Positions 13,080 through 25,494 of a stretch of DNA of 64,000 bases are shown here, piece by piece. The DNA is from Nemertoderma westbladi. Lineage: Eukaryota > Animalia > Xenacoelomorpha. The notes beneath the pieces are model-generated. The model was not told where the DNA came from and did not search any database. It saw only the letters and a program-made list of their open reading frames with translations. The DNA is taken from NCBI GenBank assembly GCA_032718475.1, contig JAUCBJ010000517.1, positions 1-64,000 on the forward strand. The letters are read 5' to 3'. Position numbers and translations under genes: made by a program. Every line of letters begins with the position of its first letter. Positions within the stretch are counted from its first letter, which is position 1.

Positions 13080-14460
13080 GTATTAAGGGGGGGGGGGGGG
13101 GGGGGGGTTGTCGAATTTCGTGAAAAAAACAAGTTTTTTTTTATTATTTCATAAAGACCGAAATTTGACGGATATTTCAAATATTTACGCGGTTTTGCAA
13201 TATCATCTTTAGTTTTCGAGATATTGGGCTTTTTTCACTGCTTGGACTTTTCGTACCGGTACGTAACAAAATTTCAAAATTCCAGTGATGTGTCTAATTA
13301 CGCCAATTTTAATTCTTGTGGAGGTTTTTGATGTCGGTGAATCCGATGGTAACACTTTAATAAATCTGACCTTTTGCAGCACTTGCACTTTTCGCTCTAT
13401 ATCAAAATTTCAAAGTGATGGACAAACAGACAGACACAAAGCCTGGATTCCGCCAAACACAAAAAATCAGAAATTAAATCTCCGCCCCAGAAAATCCCCA
13501 AAACAGATATTTTAGCGAGGCAGCGTGATTTATTATAATTTAAGGACAACTAGCAGACAGACAGGCTGACAAACAGCCTTGATTCCACCAAAAATAAAAA
13601 TTGACATCGGGAATCAAATCTCCCCCCAGTACACCCCCATAACTGAAAGTTTAGATAGGCGGTGTGATTTATTATAATTAGACGGACAACTAAAATACAG
13701 ACAGACAGACAGCATAGATTCCACCAAACATAAAAATTGACATCGGAAATGAAAGTTCGTTTATCATCATACTTTCTGTCGGACATTATTTAACTAACAT
13801 TCTTTTATATTACAGTTTGCGCGGGAAGGTTCAAAAAATGACAGTGTGTTATTCTCATTTACTCCTATTTCATTTTGTGGTCACTTTTAGTCACTAAAAA
13901 TGTATCTCCTCCTTTAATCTTTATCCGATTTGCTTAATTTTTTTTTCGTTTGAAAGCCCAGTCTCTCCTGAACAGATTCCTTAGATTAATTTCTGAAATT
14001 CGCTCTACGTAGTTCTCGAGAAAAGTTAGAATAAAGCCTGTGTATTCAATAAAAATGAAAATTTCACGACTTCATGTCACAAAAAGTGCAATAAAATAAT
14101 TTTGAAAAAGAAATTCAAAAATTTATCTAGGGATTCTATAAAGGGATAGTCAGTGCACCTACTCACCAATTTACAGAACAGACTCAAAATTGTAGGAAGA
14201 TTGTTAATTTAAGAACGGACCAATCAAAATTTCGTGAAATTGGCCATTAGTCAATCAGAAGCGAGTATTTTAGGTGTGTGGCCACGGAAATGGAAAGCCC
14301 GCCCAATTACCTTACAGTAAGGATAATGCGTTATTTAATAATACATAAAATATAGGCTTAGTTATGGTGGCCCAGAACGGCCAAGAAACTTTTTAAATGT
14401 GAAAGTGTACTTTTCAGTGCTAAAGTGTTCTTTTCAGTGTGAAAATTATCTTTTCATTGT

Positions 14461-14832
14461 GAAAGTGTAAATTTGAAAGTGCGAAAGTGTAAATTTGAAA
14501 GTGCGAAAGTGTAAATTTGAAAGTGCGAAAGTGTAAATTTGAAAGTGCGAAAGTGTAAATTTGAAAGTGCGAAAGTGTAAATTTGAAAGTGCGAAAGTGT
14601 AAATTTGAAAGTGCGAAAGTGTAAATTTGAAAGTGCGAAAGTGTAAATTTGAAAGTGCGAAAGTGTAAATTTGAAAGTGCGAAAGTGTAAATTTGAAAGT
14701 GTAAATTGGAAAGTGGGAAAGTGTAAATTTGAAAGTGAGAAAGTGTAAATTTGAAGGTGAGAAAGTGTAAATTTGAAATTGAGAAAGTGTAAATTTGAAA
14801 GTGTAAATTTGAAAGTGGGAAAGTGTAAATTT
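14461..14832. repeat. 22-bp tandem array inside the left TIR; inverted array at ~25694-25890 and a third at ~24859-24972
   Basis: Unit gaaagtgtaaatttgaaagtgc. Confidence 0.95.
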
Positions 14833-15060
14833 AAATACGAATTATGGCGGGAAATTTAAATTCAGATGGGTAGGCCAGACCATGTGCTGTAAAGTATACA
14901 TAGAGAGGCCTATCCACTGTACCGGTACATTTGGCAGTTAGTAATACAGAACATAAAACAGTAATATTATTGACATGTCAGCAGAATGCATCCGTACTAA
15001 TGCGCTGTTGTGGTCTATTCTGTCATGGTTACCAGTGGGATTGAATAGAGCGATAAAGTT

Positions 15061-16948
15061 CACAAGTCCCTAAAAGGTGCCACCCAGCTCCATAGCGCGG
15101 GAAATTCAAATGATTGTAAGACATGTAATTTGTACTGGAAAGGGTGACAGACAAGGTGTACTAAATTTATTATTACTAAAATTATGTACTAAGTTATTTA
15201 GTACACCTTGGTGGCAGATCAGATCTGCCACCTATATTTTGGCGGTAAATTCAAATCTGTTTTAACATTGAATATATGAATAGAGTATGACTAATGTAAT
15301 TCATTGAATCAGAATAAATTATTTCTTATCGGTTTAACTCACTCATCCGTTATTGTTGTTGTTTTATCTATTCTGGGACTTCCAGCAGCACGTGAATAAA
15401 TAAACCAGCACGTTAACTAGTCTGGGGCTTCGAGCAGCACGTGAACAACTAAGCTGACTGGTTAACTAGTCTGGGACTTCGAGCAGCACGTGAACAACTA
15501 AGCTGACTGGTTAACTAGTCCGGGACTTCGAGCAGCACGTGAACAACTAAGCTGACTGGTTAACTAGTCTGGGGCTTCGAGCAGCACGTGAACAACTAAG
15601 CTGACTGGTTAACTAGTCTGGGACTTCGAGCAGCACGTGAACAACTAAGCTGATTGGTTATCTAGTCTGGGGCTTCGAGCAGCACGTGAACAACTAAGCA
15701 GACTGGTTAACTGGTCTGGGACTTCGAGCAGCACGTGAACAACTAAGCTGACTGGTTAACTAGTCCGGGACTTCGAGCACCACGTGAACAACTAAGCTGA
15801 CTGGTTAACTAGTCCGGGACTTCGAGCACCACGTGAACAACTAAGCTGACTGGTTAACTAGTCTGGGGGTTCGAGCACCACGTGAACAACTAAGCTGACT
15901 GGTTAACTAGTCCGGGACTTCGAGCAGCACGAGAACAACTAAGCTGACTGGTTAACTAAACTTGGGCTTCGAGCAGTACGAGACCATTTGAATTTGAATT
16001 GATATATTTTTGGCGGTTAATGCTAATTACAGAATTATAATATATTAATTACCATTACAAACTGTACACAGTGTGCTGCAGTATGTACATGGGTACGTAC
16101 TAAAAGGTCAAGGAGCTAGAGCAGTAGACTTCATACTGTAAACTTCTTACTGTAGTGTAGTAGCTACTGCTACTGCATGTGCAGTAGGCCTACAGACATA
16201 TTATCTTATTTAGGTCTACTAAGAAATATTGTGTAGTGTAATTTCATAAGAAATATATACAGCTGTACAGCAGGGAATTGATAGTAAAATATATCGCAGG
16301 TAGGCGGCCTACTGTAATAGCAATGTGTATAATGCCTCTGCCTATACTGCTATATTTGTCTATGACATATAATATGATAAAATATTATTATGAATGAACA
16401 TTATTATTCTTAGTAACTCGTGACAAAATACAATGCGCTACTAACTCAGAAACTGTAATCCTAAATGCGGAACTTAAACCGAAACAGGGAATAGTACTAG
16501 TACAATGTGGACTTCGTAGTGACACATTTGGCAGTCAGTGCGATATAATTTCTCATGTACAAGCAAATCACGGTATTGCATGTTCAGTACAAACGGTAAT
16601 TCGGTTATTCAACAATTAACAAACGGTTATTCAACGTCCATGTTTAGTTATTAGCGTGACGGTAATACAAATTACGCAAAGTGAACCTTTACTACATTCA
16701 CAATTTTCTATTCATTCACTAACTATAACGAAAATTGAACGTGCATTTAATCCATGGTACGTTCAGTTAACTATATTTGCTACCTGGGTTACTCTATTCA
16801 TATATTCAATGTTAAAACAGATTTGAATTTACCGCCAAAATATAGGTGGCAGATCTGATCTGCACCCTTTCCAGTACAAATTGCATGTCTTTCAATCATT
16901 TGAATTTCCCGCGCTATGGAGCAGGGTGGCACCTTTTAGGGACTTGTG
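15061..16948. mobile_element. Non-autonomous TIR element (CAC...GTG ends) inserted near the transposase 3' end
   Basis: 15061-15146 and 15214-15287 are inverted copies of 16863-16948 and 16790-16863; TSD not clear. Confidence 0.8.
15372..15982. repeat. 49-bp tandem repeat (~12 copies)
   Basis: Unit ctagtctgggacttcgagcagcacgtgaacaactaagctgactggttaa. Confidence 0.95.
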
Positions 16949-17535
16949 TAATGATTCTACCCAAGTTATGGTTTTCTCAAGTGTAAGCAGGTCCGCACAT
17001 AGTCACAATATTCATACATATCTTCATCAGTAGGCCTAGGTACTGGTATTTGATTCAAAGAAGTACGCACAGTTTGGAGCGTATCATTATTGACACGAAG
17101 GTTAAGGTTCTCCTCACCGCCGTTACAGGAAGGATTGAAATAGTTACATACAGGCTTCCCTGATATTGTGTTAAAGCGCGACTTACGAATATATGATTAT
17201 TACAGTCCTCGGCAATATCATCGAGTTCTAACTGTATGGTATCAGCAAAACAGTACCACATAATAGGTCTATGTCTACTATTATTTGTGTCGTATTCATT
17301 ACTATCAATTAATTCATTAAAAAATGTAATCCACCACTGAGTCCAAGCCTTCCTCAAGTAGGCCCACCACGATTTTATTCGCTGATTGTGGGGTGAACCA
17401 ACGTATTTATGGGCCCCCCAATGATTGACGAAAGAAACATTGAGCCCCGGCCATAACCCCATTCTCAGTGCCCCGAGCCGTATCAAGTCTCAATGGACAT
17501 CCATGTAATACTACAGTAGGTAAATAATCTCATAT
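16949..17535 (-). pseudogene. IS3EU transposase, 3' half (frameshifted); the last codons appear to lie at 15060-15029
   Basis: GCPLRLDTARGTENGVMA..AHKYVGSPHNQRIKSWWAYLRK..WWITFF..DEDMYEYCDY..WVESL; positions expected to be catalytic D and E read A and K. Confidence 0.88.
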
Positions 17536-19154
17536 CAATAATATCATTTAAGGAGGTACTGTTTCTAACATTAGTGTTTCGAGAAATCACTGGGCAATAG
17601 TTAGCAATTTGTCCAAGGAGTAGTTCCAAAACAGCAACTTTTTGGGCTGCTGTTTGTCGCTGAGCTGGAAGTACTTCATTCTACCACTTAACCACCCCAG
17701 CGGAGGGAACGGAGTGACCGGAGCGCCAGTACTTTCTTTCATTATTATGAAGTAATAAGGGCGGTGGGTGGGGTAGGTGGTGAACACTATTTATAGGGTG
17801 GAGGGAGGGTCTAGTATATTACTTTAGGATATTTGATATCTTTGCAATATAGTTTAGCTGCCTCAGTCTTATTTGTAATATGTTATACATTATACCAAAT
17901 TATATCAAGTTTTAACATACTACATTGTCTACCTGTAGGAGAAATATACAATGTAGGGCTCATAATATATTTATAAATAGATTTAGTATATTTACATTGT
18001 ATAACAGAGTAAATTGATACTATTACGGTATTATACTAAAGACGCCGCTTTGATATATCTGATCAAATGGCAATTTCTTGTATATTATCTATTTCAGTAT
18101 CTTGGGTATATCATTCAATTTCTAAAACTATAATAATAAACATTTACTTCACTTCTTGTTTACTCGCATGGATATATTGATATAAAACACTTCAGTATAA
18201 TATCTTATAGGGCCAAACGCAGATTAATCAGAATAATATGTTTAATTATTATTACAATTGGCACATTGAAGTAAGTAGTACATGAGTTTGATAAAATAAT
18301 TATGAATCTGTATCTTATTCTACTTTGTCTATATGGTTATGTTATATAATAATGTTACTTTATCACTTTAGTTTAAACCGATCTCCTTTACTATTACTTA
18401 CTACTTATACTACTACTACTACTACTATTACTACTATTGCTACTGACTACTACAGAGTTATATATTATAAGAGGAGGGGGTTCGTGATTATTAGTTATTA
18501 TACAAGTGCCCCTCGGCTATAGAGAGTCCACCCTCGGTTGCTTACTGGATCAAGCACTTAAGATAAATTAAAGATACAAGTTAAATTAAGTTATCAGAGA
18601 ACGTGAGCTAGAAACACCGGCATGAGGCATGAATAAGATGATTAATAAGATTATAGGTCCTCAATATTTGCGCCCATCAATGTTTGTTTCCCTCAATATG
18701 TTTGTGTTTTGAACTGAATATTGCGGGGCATCCCCCCCCCCCCCCCCCCCCCTTAGGGATATATGCATATTATACATAATTATACATATTTATTTTAGTT
18801 AAATTAACCATCTGAATAAACACTTCAAATACTGCGTACTGCAGGTCTACTGTATGTTTTGAATGACTACAATTAGAGCTAAACACCTTAAAAAAAATAA
18901 AATAAATTAAATAAAATATCATGAATATACTGTATAAGAAAAAAATTGGACCGGGGTTTTAGGACCGGGTTTTAGACATTTTCACTTTAGAACAGAACAA
19001 ACTATTTATTACTTTTTTTAAATTCGTATTTATATCAATGAACTAAATGAACACTTAACAAAGATCGTCTACAGTTCTACATAGGTATAGCATATACATC
19101 AGCTGATTCATCCAATACTTTTGGATCACTTTACCATCATCTTGGACTTGCGCA

Positions 19155-20189
19155 CTAAAGGCATAGCGCTTCAAGCCACTCCCGTTGCTTCTCTTTATTA
19201 TGAAACCAGATGCGGCAGCCTTCGGGTTGGTGGTCCGTCTGTTTAACCTCGATAGATGGCAGATAGAACTTCGAATCCTTTGTGGAATTTTTTGTGATTT
19301 TTATGCCAAATCGGCATCGATTTTCGTGTAGAACTTCTTCAAATGAATACTTTTCCAGATTGAAGACTTTCTCTACATTTCTTAATTTATTTGTCGTGTT
19401 CTCCTCTTTTGGCAGACATATGAGGTTCCGAAAGCGTAGCAATATCAATTCCGGAGGTTCATTTTCAAGGTTTAATTGTCCCCAAAACGATTTGTCGTTT
19501 TCCATATCCGGACATTTGTATATTATTCCTTCTAATTCAAACTTCCTGATAGTTATTGTAGATCCACAATATCTTTTGAAATTTTCCATAGTCCTCAACA
19601 GATGAAAGATATCATTATTTGATGCTTGTATGATCATTCGGTTTCTTGGATCGTGGATATTTTCGCCAAAATACATTATCATTCCCATTCCAGCTTTCAT
19701 TTTTTCATATTCGTGATCTATCAACTTCATTTGATCCCATCTGAATTGATTTTCTGAATCATAATTTATTAAACAAAATTCATACTGAAGTTGATTTGAA
19801 AAATAAATTGCTCGCAAACTGTCCCATCTCGAATCTGACGTTAACCAATTAACGAATTCTATTTTTTCAGTAAAGCTGTATATCGCAACGGCTTTATTTT
19901 TTCTAAATTTTTTGTTTGACAGTAAATTCGAGCGATCCAACTTTTTATATCCAGGCCTGTTAATCAACGATTCATATAATGAGTAATCAATAACCCAAAT
20001 ACTTCGGCTTTCTAAGTGGTCCTCCTTAAGAAGATGCTTGAATAGCATTTCTTCTCGTGAACGTTTAGTTAGAGAATTGGTTTTATCAGTGTCCGACTCG
20101 AATACGATATCCGATCCAATCGAACTCTGTGATGGGGAATAAAAATCAGACAATGTCGGTGCTGGTGTGGAAATCGATTCTTTATACAT
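19155..20189 (-). CDS. Intronless 344-aa protein of unknown function; C-terminal region PH-domain-like
   Basis: Long uninterrupted ORF in AT-rich DNA. Ends WFHNKEKQREWLEAL (PH terminal-helix pattern); CPDM..LLRFRNLICLPK..FGIKI loosely recalls Grb7/MRL-family PH domains. Confidence 0.6.
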   Translation of the reverse strand: MYKESISTPAPTLSDFYSPSQSSIGSDIVFESDTDKTNSLTKRSREEMLFKHLLKEDHLESRSIWVIDYSLYESLINRPGYKKLDRSNLLSNKKFRKNKAVAIYSFTEKIEFVNWLTSDSRWDSLRAIYFSNQLQYEFCLINYDSENQFRWDQMKLIDHEYEKMKAGMGMIMYFGENIHDPRNRMIIQASNNDIFHLLRTMENFKRYCGSTITIRKFELEGIIYKCPDMENDKSFWGQLNLENEPPELILLRFRNLICLPKEENTTNKLRNVEKVFNLEKYSFEEVLHENRCRFGIKITKNSTKDSKFYLPSIEVKQTDHQPEGCRIWFHNKEKQREWLEALCL

Positions 20190-20564
20190 ACCGTCAATTG
20201 TTTACTATATTATTAGTTTCAGTTTTATTTCAAGTTTAATATTGTATGTACGTAGTACATGTACACACATGTTACAGAGTATTTACTATAGGCCTACTAC
20301 ATACAGTATTACGTTGTTCATAATACAGTACTGTATAATTTATTTTATTTAAATAATTCATAAAATGAATTGTTCTTATTGAAAGATTATTATCTCGGTC
20401 ACTTTAAGACCGAGACCGGGTTTTAGTCATTTCATTTTTGGGACCGCGAGTTTATGGACCGGGTTTTAGGAATTATTGGGACCGGGTTTTAGTAATTTTC
20501 ACGTGGACCAGGCAAAAATTGGACCGACTGGGATTTAGGTTCAGTGGACCGAGACCGGGACCGA

Positions 20565-21507
20565 TGTAACAGGAAAATATGCCCCCCCGGGAAATGTGCC
20601 CGGGGGGGCATATTTTCCTAGGAAAAAATGCCCCCCCGGGCAAATTTCCCTAGGAAAAAATGCCCCCCCTTAGGAAATTATGCCTCCCCTGAATTATACA
20701 ATAAACAAAACTTATTATTACTACTAAAACTTACAAAAATTATACAAAACAATAAACAGTCATTTTACCAAATGAAGGAAAGGAGCAGGTTACAGAGGCA
20801 GGCCTTTCTAACCAAAACAATAAACGATCATTTAACTAATTGAGGGAAAGGAGCAGGTTACAGAGGCGGGATTTTCTAACCAAAACAATAAACAGTCACT
20901 TTAGCAAATCAGGGAAAGGAGCAGGTTACAGAGACGGGATTTTCTAACCAAAACAATAAACGATAACATTACCAATTGAGAGAAAGGAGCAGGTTACAGA
21001 GGCGGGATTTTCTAACCAAAACAATAAACAATCACTTTACCAAATCAGGGAAAGGAGCAGGTTACAGACTTAAAAAAGCTTGGCTGCTTGGAGCTGCTCG
21101 GCGCCCACACAACACCACACACTCGCACTGCTGTTATCAGGTTATACCACGTACTTACTACAGTAGCCTACTGACTTAGATACTTCAGTATGCTGTTCTA
21201 CATCCCTTACTGCCTTACCTGCTTACCTACCGGCAGACCGGTAGGCCTACCGTACTATTCTTCCAACTATTACAAGTTCTGCAGTTGGTAGATTAAAAGT
21301 GGCTACCAGCAGACCGGTATCGTACCAGTTTTCAGACTTTTGAGGGGGGCTAATTTTCGTAAGGCTGTAAGGGGAGGCATTATTTCCTAAGGAGAAAATA
21401 CCCCCCCGGGCTAAATTTCCTAGGAAAAATTGCCCGGGGGGACATAATATCCTAGGAAATAATGCCCCGGGGGGCATATTATAGGGGGGGCTGATTTCCT
21501 TGTGACA
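20565..21507. mobile_element. Ginger1-like MITE
   Basis: TGTAACAGGAAA and TTTCCTTGTGACA termini, flanks CCGA and CCGG (Ginger1 targets CCGG/CCGT), ~130-bp imperfect G/C-run TIRs, internal ~68-bp tandem repeat at ~20745-21068. Confidence 0.75.
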
Positions 21508-21615
21508 CCGGCCCGGGTTTTAGATAGTCCCGTAGTACTGTGGTACTGTAGTAGGCTACCGGTACGACTTCGACATACTGACTGTCTGTCCGTACCGTAG
21601 GTGATTACCGCAACC

Positions 21616-23214
21616 ATGGATATAGTGAATAACGCAGTAGTTATTCCCAACTCGGATGGCCGTATCTTAACATTACAGGAAATATGTTATACAGGTGTCA
21701 CGCGGACATTATCAAAGGTAATTGTAACCGCCGAATATCAGAAAAAATCTCTCGATATTACTGAAGTCTGTCACTGGCTAGCGTTGGCTGCACCCAGACT
21801 TCGTATGGTCATGAGAAAATATATACTGCGTTCCTATCTATTGGCATTTAATCAACTGGAACTTCTCTATAATGAACAACCTCCGCCGCCCGCCCAACCC
21901 TCCCTAATGCCTCGCAACCAACAAGAAATAACTTTGTACTACATTATGGAATCCTATAAAGACATATTCTTTGATCAATGTTTCTTTCCCCTAGATATCA
22001 TAGTTAAACTATGCTATGGTACCGGTATTGGTGAAGTGTTTGGCGAGAAATTTCCTGAAGATTTAATTATCAATCTTTTACGATGGGTCCCATTAGGCCC
22101 AATGTCTCATGGGTTGAGAGAGATGGAGGGGGATACTTGGATATTTGGTAAAGGTCAATTCCCCCAACTCAACACACTAAAGATGAAAACCTTGGCCGTA
22201 AATGATGACACAGTCAATGCTATAGCACAATCCTGTCCCAACCTGGTATCCTTGTGCTCTCCTCCAGTATGCGATGTCACCTCTGCGGGACTTAGTTATC
22301 TTTACCAACTAGGAAGTTTGCGAACTTTAGACTTAAGTGGATGTCGTAAAATGTCAGTAGACGATCTGATATATTTACAGAAAGTATTAGGCCTACGCCG
22401 CCTACCTCGGGTTTCTATCGTTATAGATACAGATATTACAATGAAGCTACTAAAGGGTTTTATTAAACGTGAAATAAATCCATCCGATACGAACTTCAAT
22501 TTCAGTGATTTCACTTTCGCATTGATTGACTATTCTGTTGTTTCAGAACCTACTGAATCTATCTATGGCCATCTTAAAGACGTTCTCTATCACTGCAAAG
22601 ATACAGTTGAGCGTTTAAATTTCGATTTAGGACGGGAATTGCAAATTTATAAGTCTTTTGTTGAAGAGCCACTATTAGCACCGCTACAAGAATTTGGACA
22701 TTTAAAGTTTTTGCGTTTTCGACAACTCGATGTTGATCAATTCATTTCGGATGCTGTTAACAGAGGAGTTACTTTACCTCAGGTCGAACATGTTGTATTG
22801 GAGTGCTGCAAACTTTCATTGGTTGATTTAGATCGGATGTTCCCGAACGTAAAGGAATTATCTCTACTGTTCACCGATGTAGGAAACTTCCTTCCACTAA
22901 TGAACTCTGTAAAGGCCCTTGTTATCGGTTGGGCGACTTACAGGCATCTTATAACAGCCCTGCGTAGCTTCCCTAATTTGAGTAAGCTATGGATTGATTG
23001 CCTGTTTGGTGAACCGGAAGTGACCAAAGAAGAGGTTCTAGTCGATCTTTATGATGTATTTTCTTCGGGAAATCTCGTTGAAGGGCTAAAGAACTTAAAC
23101 ATAAGTTATCGAAATACGCCTCATTTTATGTGTTTCTCGAAAATTGACACTGATCTCTCGGAATTTATTCGTAATACACTTTTGCATCGATGTAAAAACT
23201 TAATGATAGAGTAA
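21616..23214 (+). CDS. Intronless leucine-rich-repeat protein (cysteine-containing FBXL/AMN1-type LRRs) with a putative N-terminal BC-box
   Basis: First ATG at 21616; LTLQEICYTGV (BC-box-like); VNDDTVNAIAQSCPNLVSL..DVTSAGLSYL..LRTLDLSGC; FPNVKELSL; FPNLSKLWI. Confidence 0.75.
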   Translation: MDIVNNAVVIPNSDGRILTLQEICYTGVTRTLSKVIVTAEYQKKSLDITEVCHWLALAAPRLRMVMRKYILRSYLLAFNQLELLYNEQPPPPAQPSLMPRNQQEITLYYIMESYKDIFFDQCFFPLDIIVKLCYGTGIGEVFGEKFPEDLIINLLRWVPLGPMSHGLREMEGDTWIFGKGQFPQLNTLKMKTLAVNDDTVNAIAQSCPNLVSLCSPPVCDVTSAGLSYLYQLGSLRTLDLSGCRKMSVDDLIYLQKVLGLRRLPRVSIVIDTDITMKLLKGFIKREINPSDTNFNFSDFTFALIDYSVVSEPTESIYGHLKDVLYHCKDTVERLNFDLGRELQIYKSFVEEPLLAPLQEFGHLKFLRFRQLDVDQFISDAVNRGVTLPQVEHVVLECCKLSLVDLDRMFPNVKELSLLFTDVGNFLPLMNSVKALVIGWATYRHLITALRSFPNLSKLWIDCLFGEPEVTKEEVLVDLYDVFSSGNLVEGLKNLNISYRNTPHFMCFSKIDTDLSEFIRNTLLHRCKNLMIE

Positions 23215-23293
23215 TGATCTTTTAATGGTATGAGGAGCTACCAAAACTAACTATCTTCATTATTTGAAATTTAACTCAATATTTGATAAAATC

Positions 23294-23569
23294 GCCCGTG
23301 AAGAATACCAGGTTTTCACTTTTATGTCGAATTAAAATTTTATTTGAATTTTATATATGATGAATTTGTATTTTTTTTTTAATTTATCCTTATTAAGTAT
23401 TTTATTGTGCGTTTATTGTTTTAATTCGCTTATTGTAACTTTGGTTATAGATTCAGCTCTTCTGTAATCTGGGTTCTTTGTGAAAACCTGATATTTTTCA
23501 CATGTGGATGGGGGTAAACTGCAAGGTGAAATATAAAGCAGAAAGTCTGGTCTACTACAACACATGGGC
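23294..23569. mobile_element. ~280-bp MITE, copy 1
   Basis: Homologous along its length to 48932-49208. Confidence 0.8.
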
Positions 23570-23638
23570 CGATTCAATTAATTGACTATTTGCTTCCTTA
23601 ATGTTTCTATAATCTTTAATCCTCTAATGTCTATAATT

Positions 23639-24603
23639 AACTAGAAAGCCAGCAAGCTGGCTGGAAGGAGCCCGGGGGAAGAATCATAGCCAAGACTATT
23701 ACAAATGAACAATGTCAGTCACAGCGGTAAGTAAACTAAACAATTGTCTAAACTGTAAGGCGTGTGATGCTAGCTGACTTTGTGGCTCGTCCCACATAAT
23801 AAAAAATGAAACTTTGCTATGACAACACACCCGGTTCTTTTAAATTTGCGTGATTTGAGTTTTATGCTCGCACCACTATTTGTAAGAAATGTTAAAACTT
23901 ATCTTACAGTATGCCAATGTTGTAATGGTATTAAAATATAATAATTAAATTTATTTACACTATTAATGCTTCAGCTAAAAAATGATGCTGATCCTATGTA
24001 ATAAAAAAAATAAGAATATTATTTTTAAGAACCTTCTACATATATCCTATACAAAATAATCAGCCCAAGGATTCGTGGAATAATAATACAATCCTACTGC
24101 AGTGGTATAATTTATTTTGTTTATTGACAACTCAACTATTTTCTTGTCTATCCCTGAGAGCTGATAAAGGATGTGTAGACTCAGCCAGCAGCCAGCAGCA
24201 GGAGGGGTGTAGTCAAGGAATTCTGTCTTGATGGAATTCTATCTCAGGCAGCCCTGCACTCAACTGTTCCTACACAGCTAGCTGCTGCAGCTCAGGCAGG
24301 AGTTGTTACTCTACCATTGCTTTTAATTTCGCGACAAAATAATTTCAAAAAATGAAATATATCGAATACCACACATAGAATCGATCTGATATTTTGTAAC
24401 GCGATTATGAACCAACAAAGCAATTTTGACCCATTGAAACCAACCACCAATCCACCAAAAATTTCATCAAAATCACGAGGCAGGAAGTGCCTGAACCTAG
24501 ATATTTATCAGTTAGTCAGTCAGTGTTATATATCCTGAGATTTTTACAGTAAGTATCCTGCAGATTTTTACAGTAAGTATCCCGCTGTCGAGCGGGCTCC
24601 TAA
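23639..24603. mobile_element. Helentron/DINE-like non-autonomous element (tentative)
   Basis: aactagaaag..aggagcccg start; end cccgctgtcgagcggg hairpin plus cgggctcct subterminal IR; gtca microsatellite. Confidence 0.45.
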
Positions 24604-24994
24604 TTAATCGTGCTGTAATTTTATCACATTATATTTATGTAACATTGTAATTGTGAGTTGAATATAGTAATTGTAATTGAACCACGAAGTAAGGTTAACC
24701 TTAGCGTGGCGGTTCTAGGGTTCTTATTGATACACAGAATTAGTATGTCTAATACGGTGGCCCAGACTGCCAGAACGGCCAAGAAACTTTTTAAATGTGA
24801 AAGTGTACTTTTCAGTGCTAAAGTGTTCTTTTCAGTGTGAAAATTATCTTTTCATTGTGAAAGTGTAAATTTGAAAGTGCTAAAGTGTAAATTTGAAAGT
24901 GTAAATTTGAAAGTGCGAAAGTGTAAATTTGAAAGTGTAAATTTGAAAGTGGGAAAGTGTAAATTTGAAAGTGTCGAAGGTTTCGAAGGATGTG

Positions 24995-25494
24995 ACTTTG
25001 CTGGGTACGGCAAACCTTCAACCATAATACAAATCGGGATCACCCATCTAATACACCCATGTCTTGGGAACCCATATGGTTTCAACTTGTCGTACCCATC
25101 TGTATGCCATGCTGCATTCGGACCACGGTTGGAATACATCCTTCGTTTAAGTTTCCGTTTTTGGCGTAATGCAGTAGCTTCTGGGTTCAAGAGTTTTAGC
25201 AGTTGTTGTACAGTAGAACGCGTTACAGGAAACCCTTTCTTATTAAGATAGCGCCACATATGACGGTAACCCCAACTGGACCCCGAACCACGAATAATGT
25301 TTCTCATCACTGCTTTGATCTGGTCAATGTCAATGTTACGGTTTCTGCGTACTAAATGTAAGTCTTTAAGACGTCTTCTTATCGTACGTGCACTGATTTG
25401 GACATTTTCTCTAACCCGCATAATCTTTACAATCTCCACATGTCAAACCCTGACGGAAATAATTTTTTAGTTTGATTTCGTCATATCCCGCCAT
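24995..25494 (-). pseudogene. IS3EU transposase, 5' half (frameshifted)
   Basis: MAGYDEIKLKNYFRQG..ISARTIRRRL..GYRHMWRYL..RRMYSNRGPNAAWHTDGYDKLKPYGFPRHGCI(DG*SRFVLWLKV). Confidence 0.9.

Larger units (their letters stand above)
18948..21531. repeat. Clusters of GACCGGGTTTTAG motifs (18948-18990, 20409-20564, 21508-21531) flanking the 344-aa ORF; probable end of an unclassified DNA transposon
   Basis: Direct-orientation motif clusters ending ...gggttttagatagtccc; no inverted partner seen. Confidence 0.55.

Noticed and set aside
17587-17800. 66-aa minus ORF with a TATA-like motif upstream, inside the cargo
   Set aside because: Short, GTG start, no recognisable domain; cannot support.
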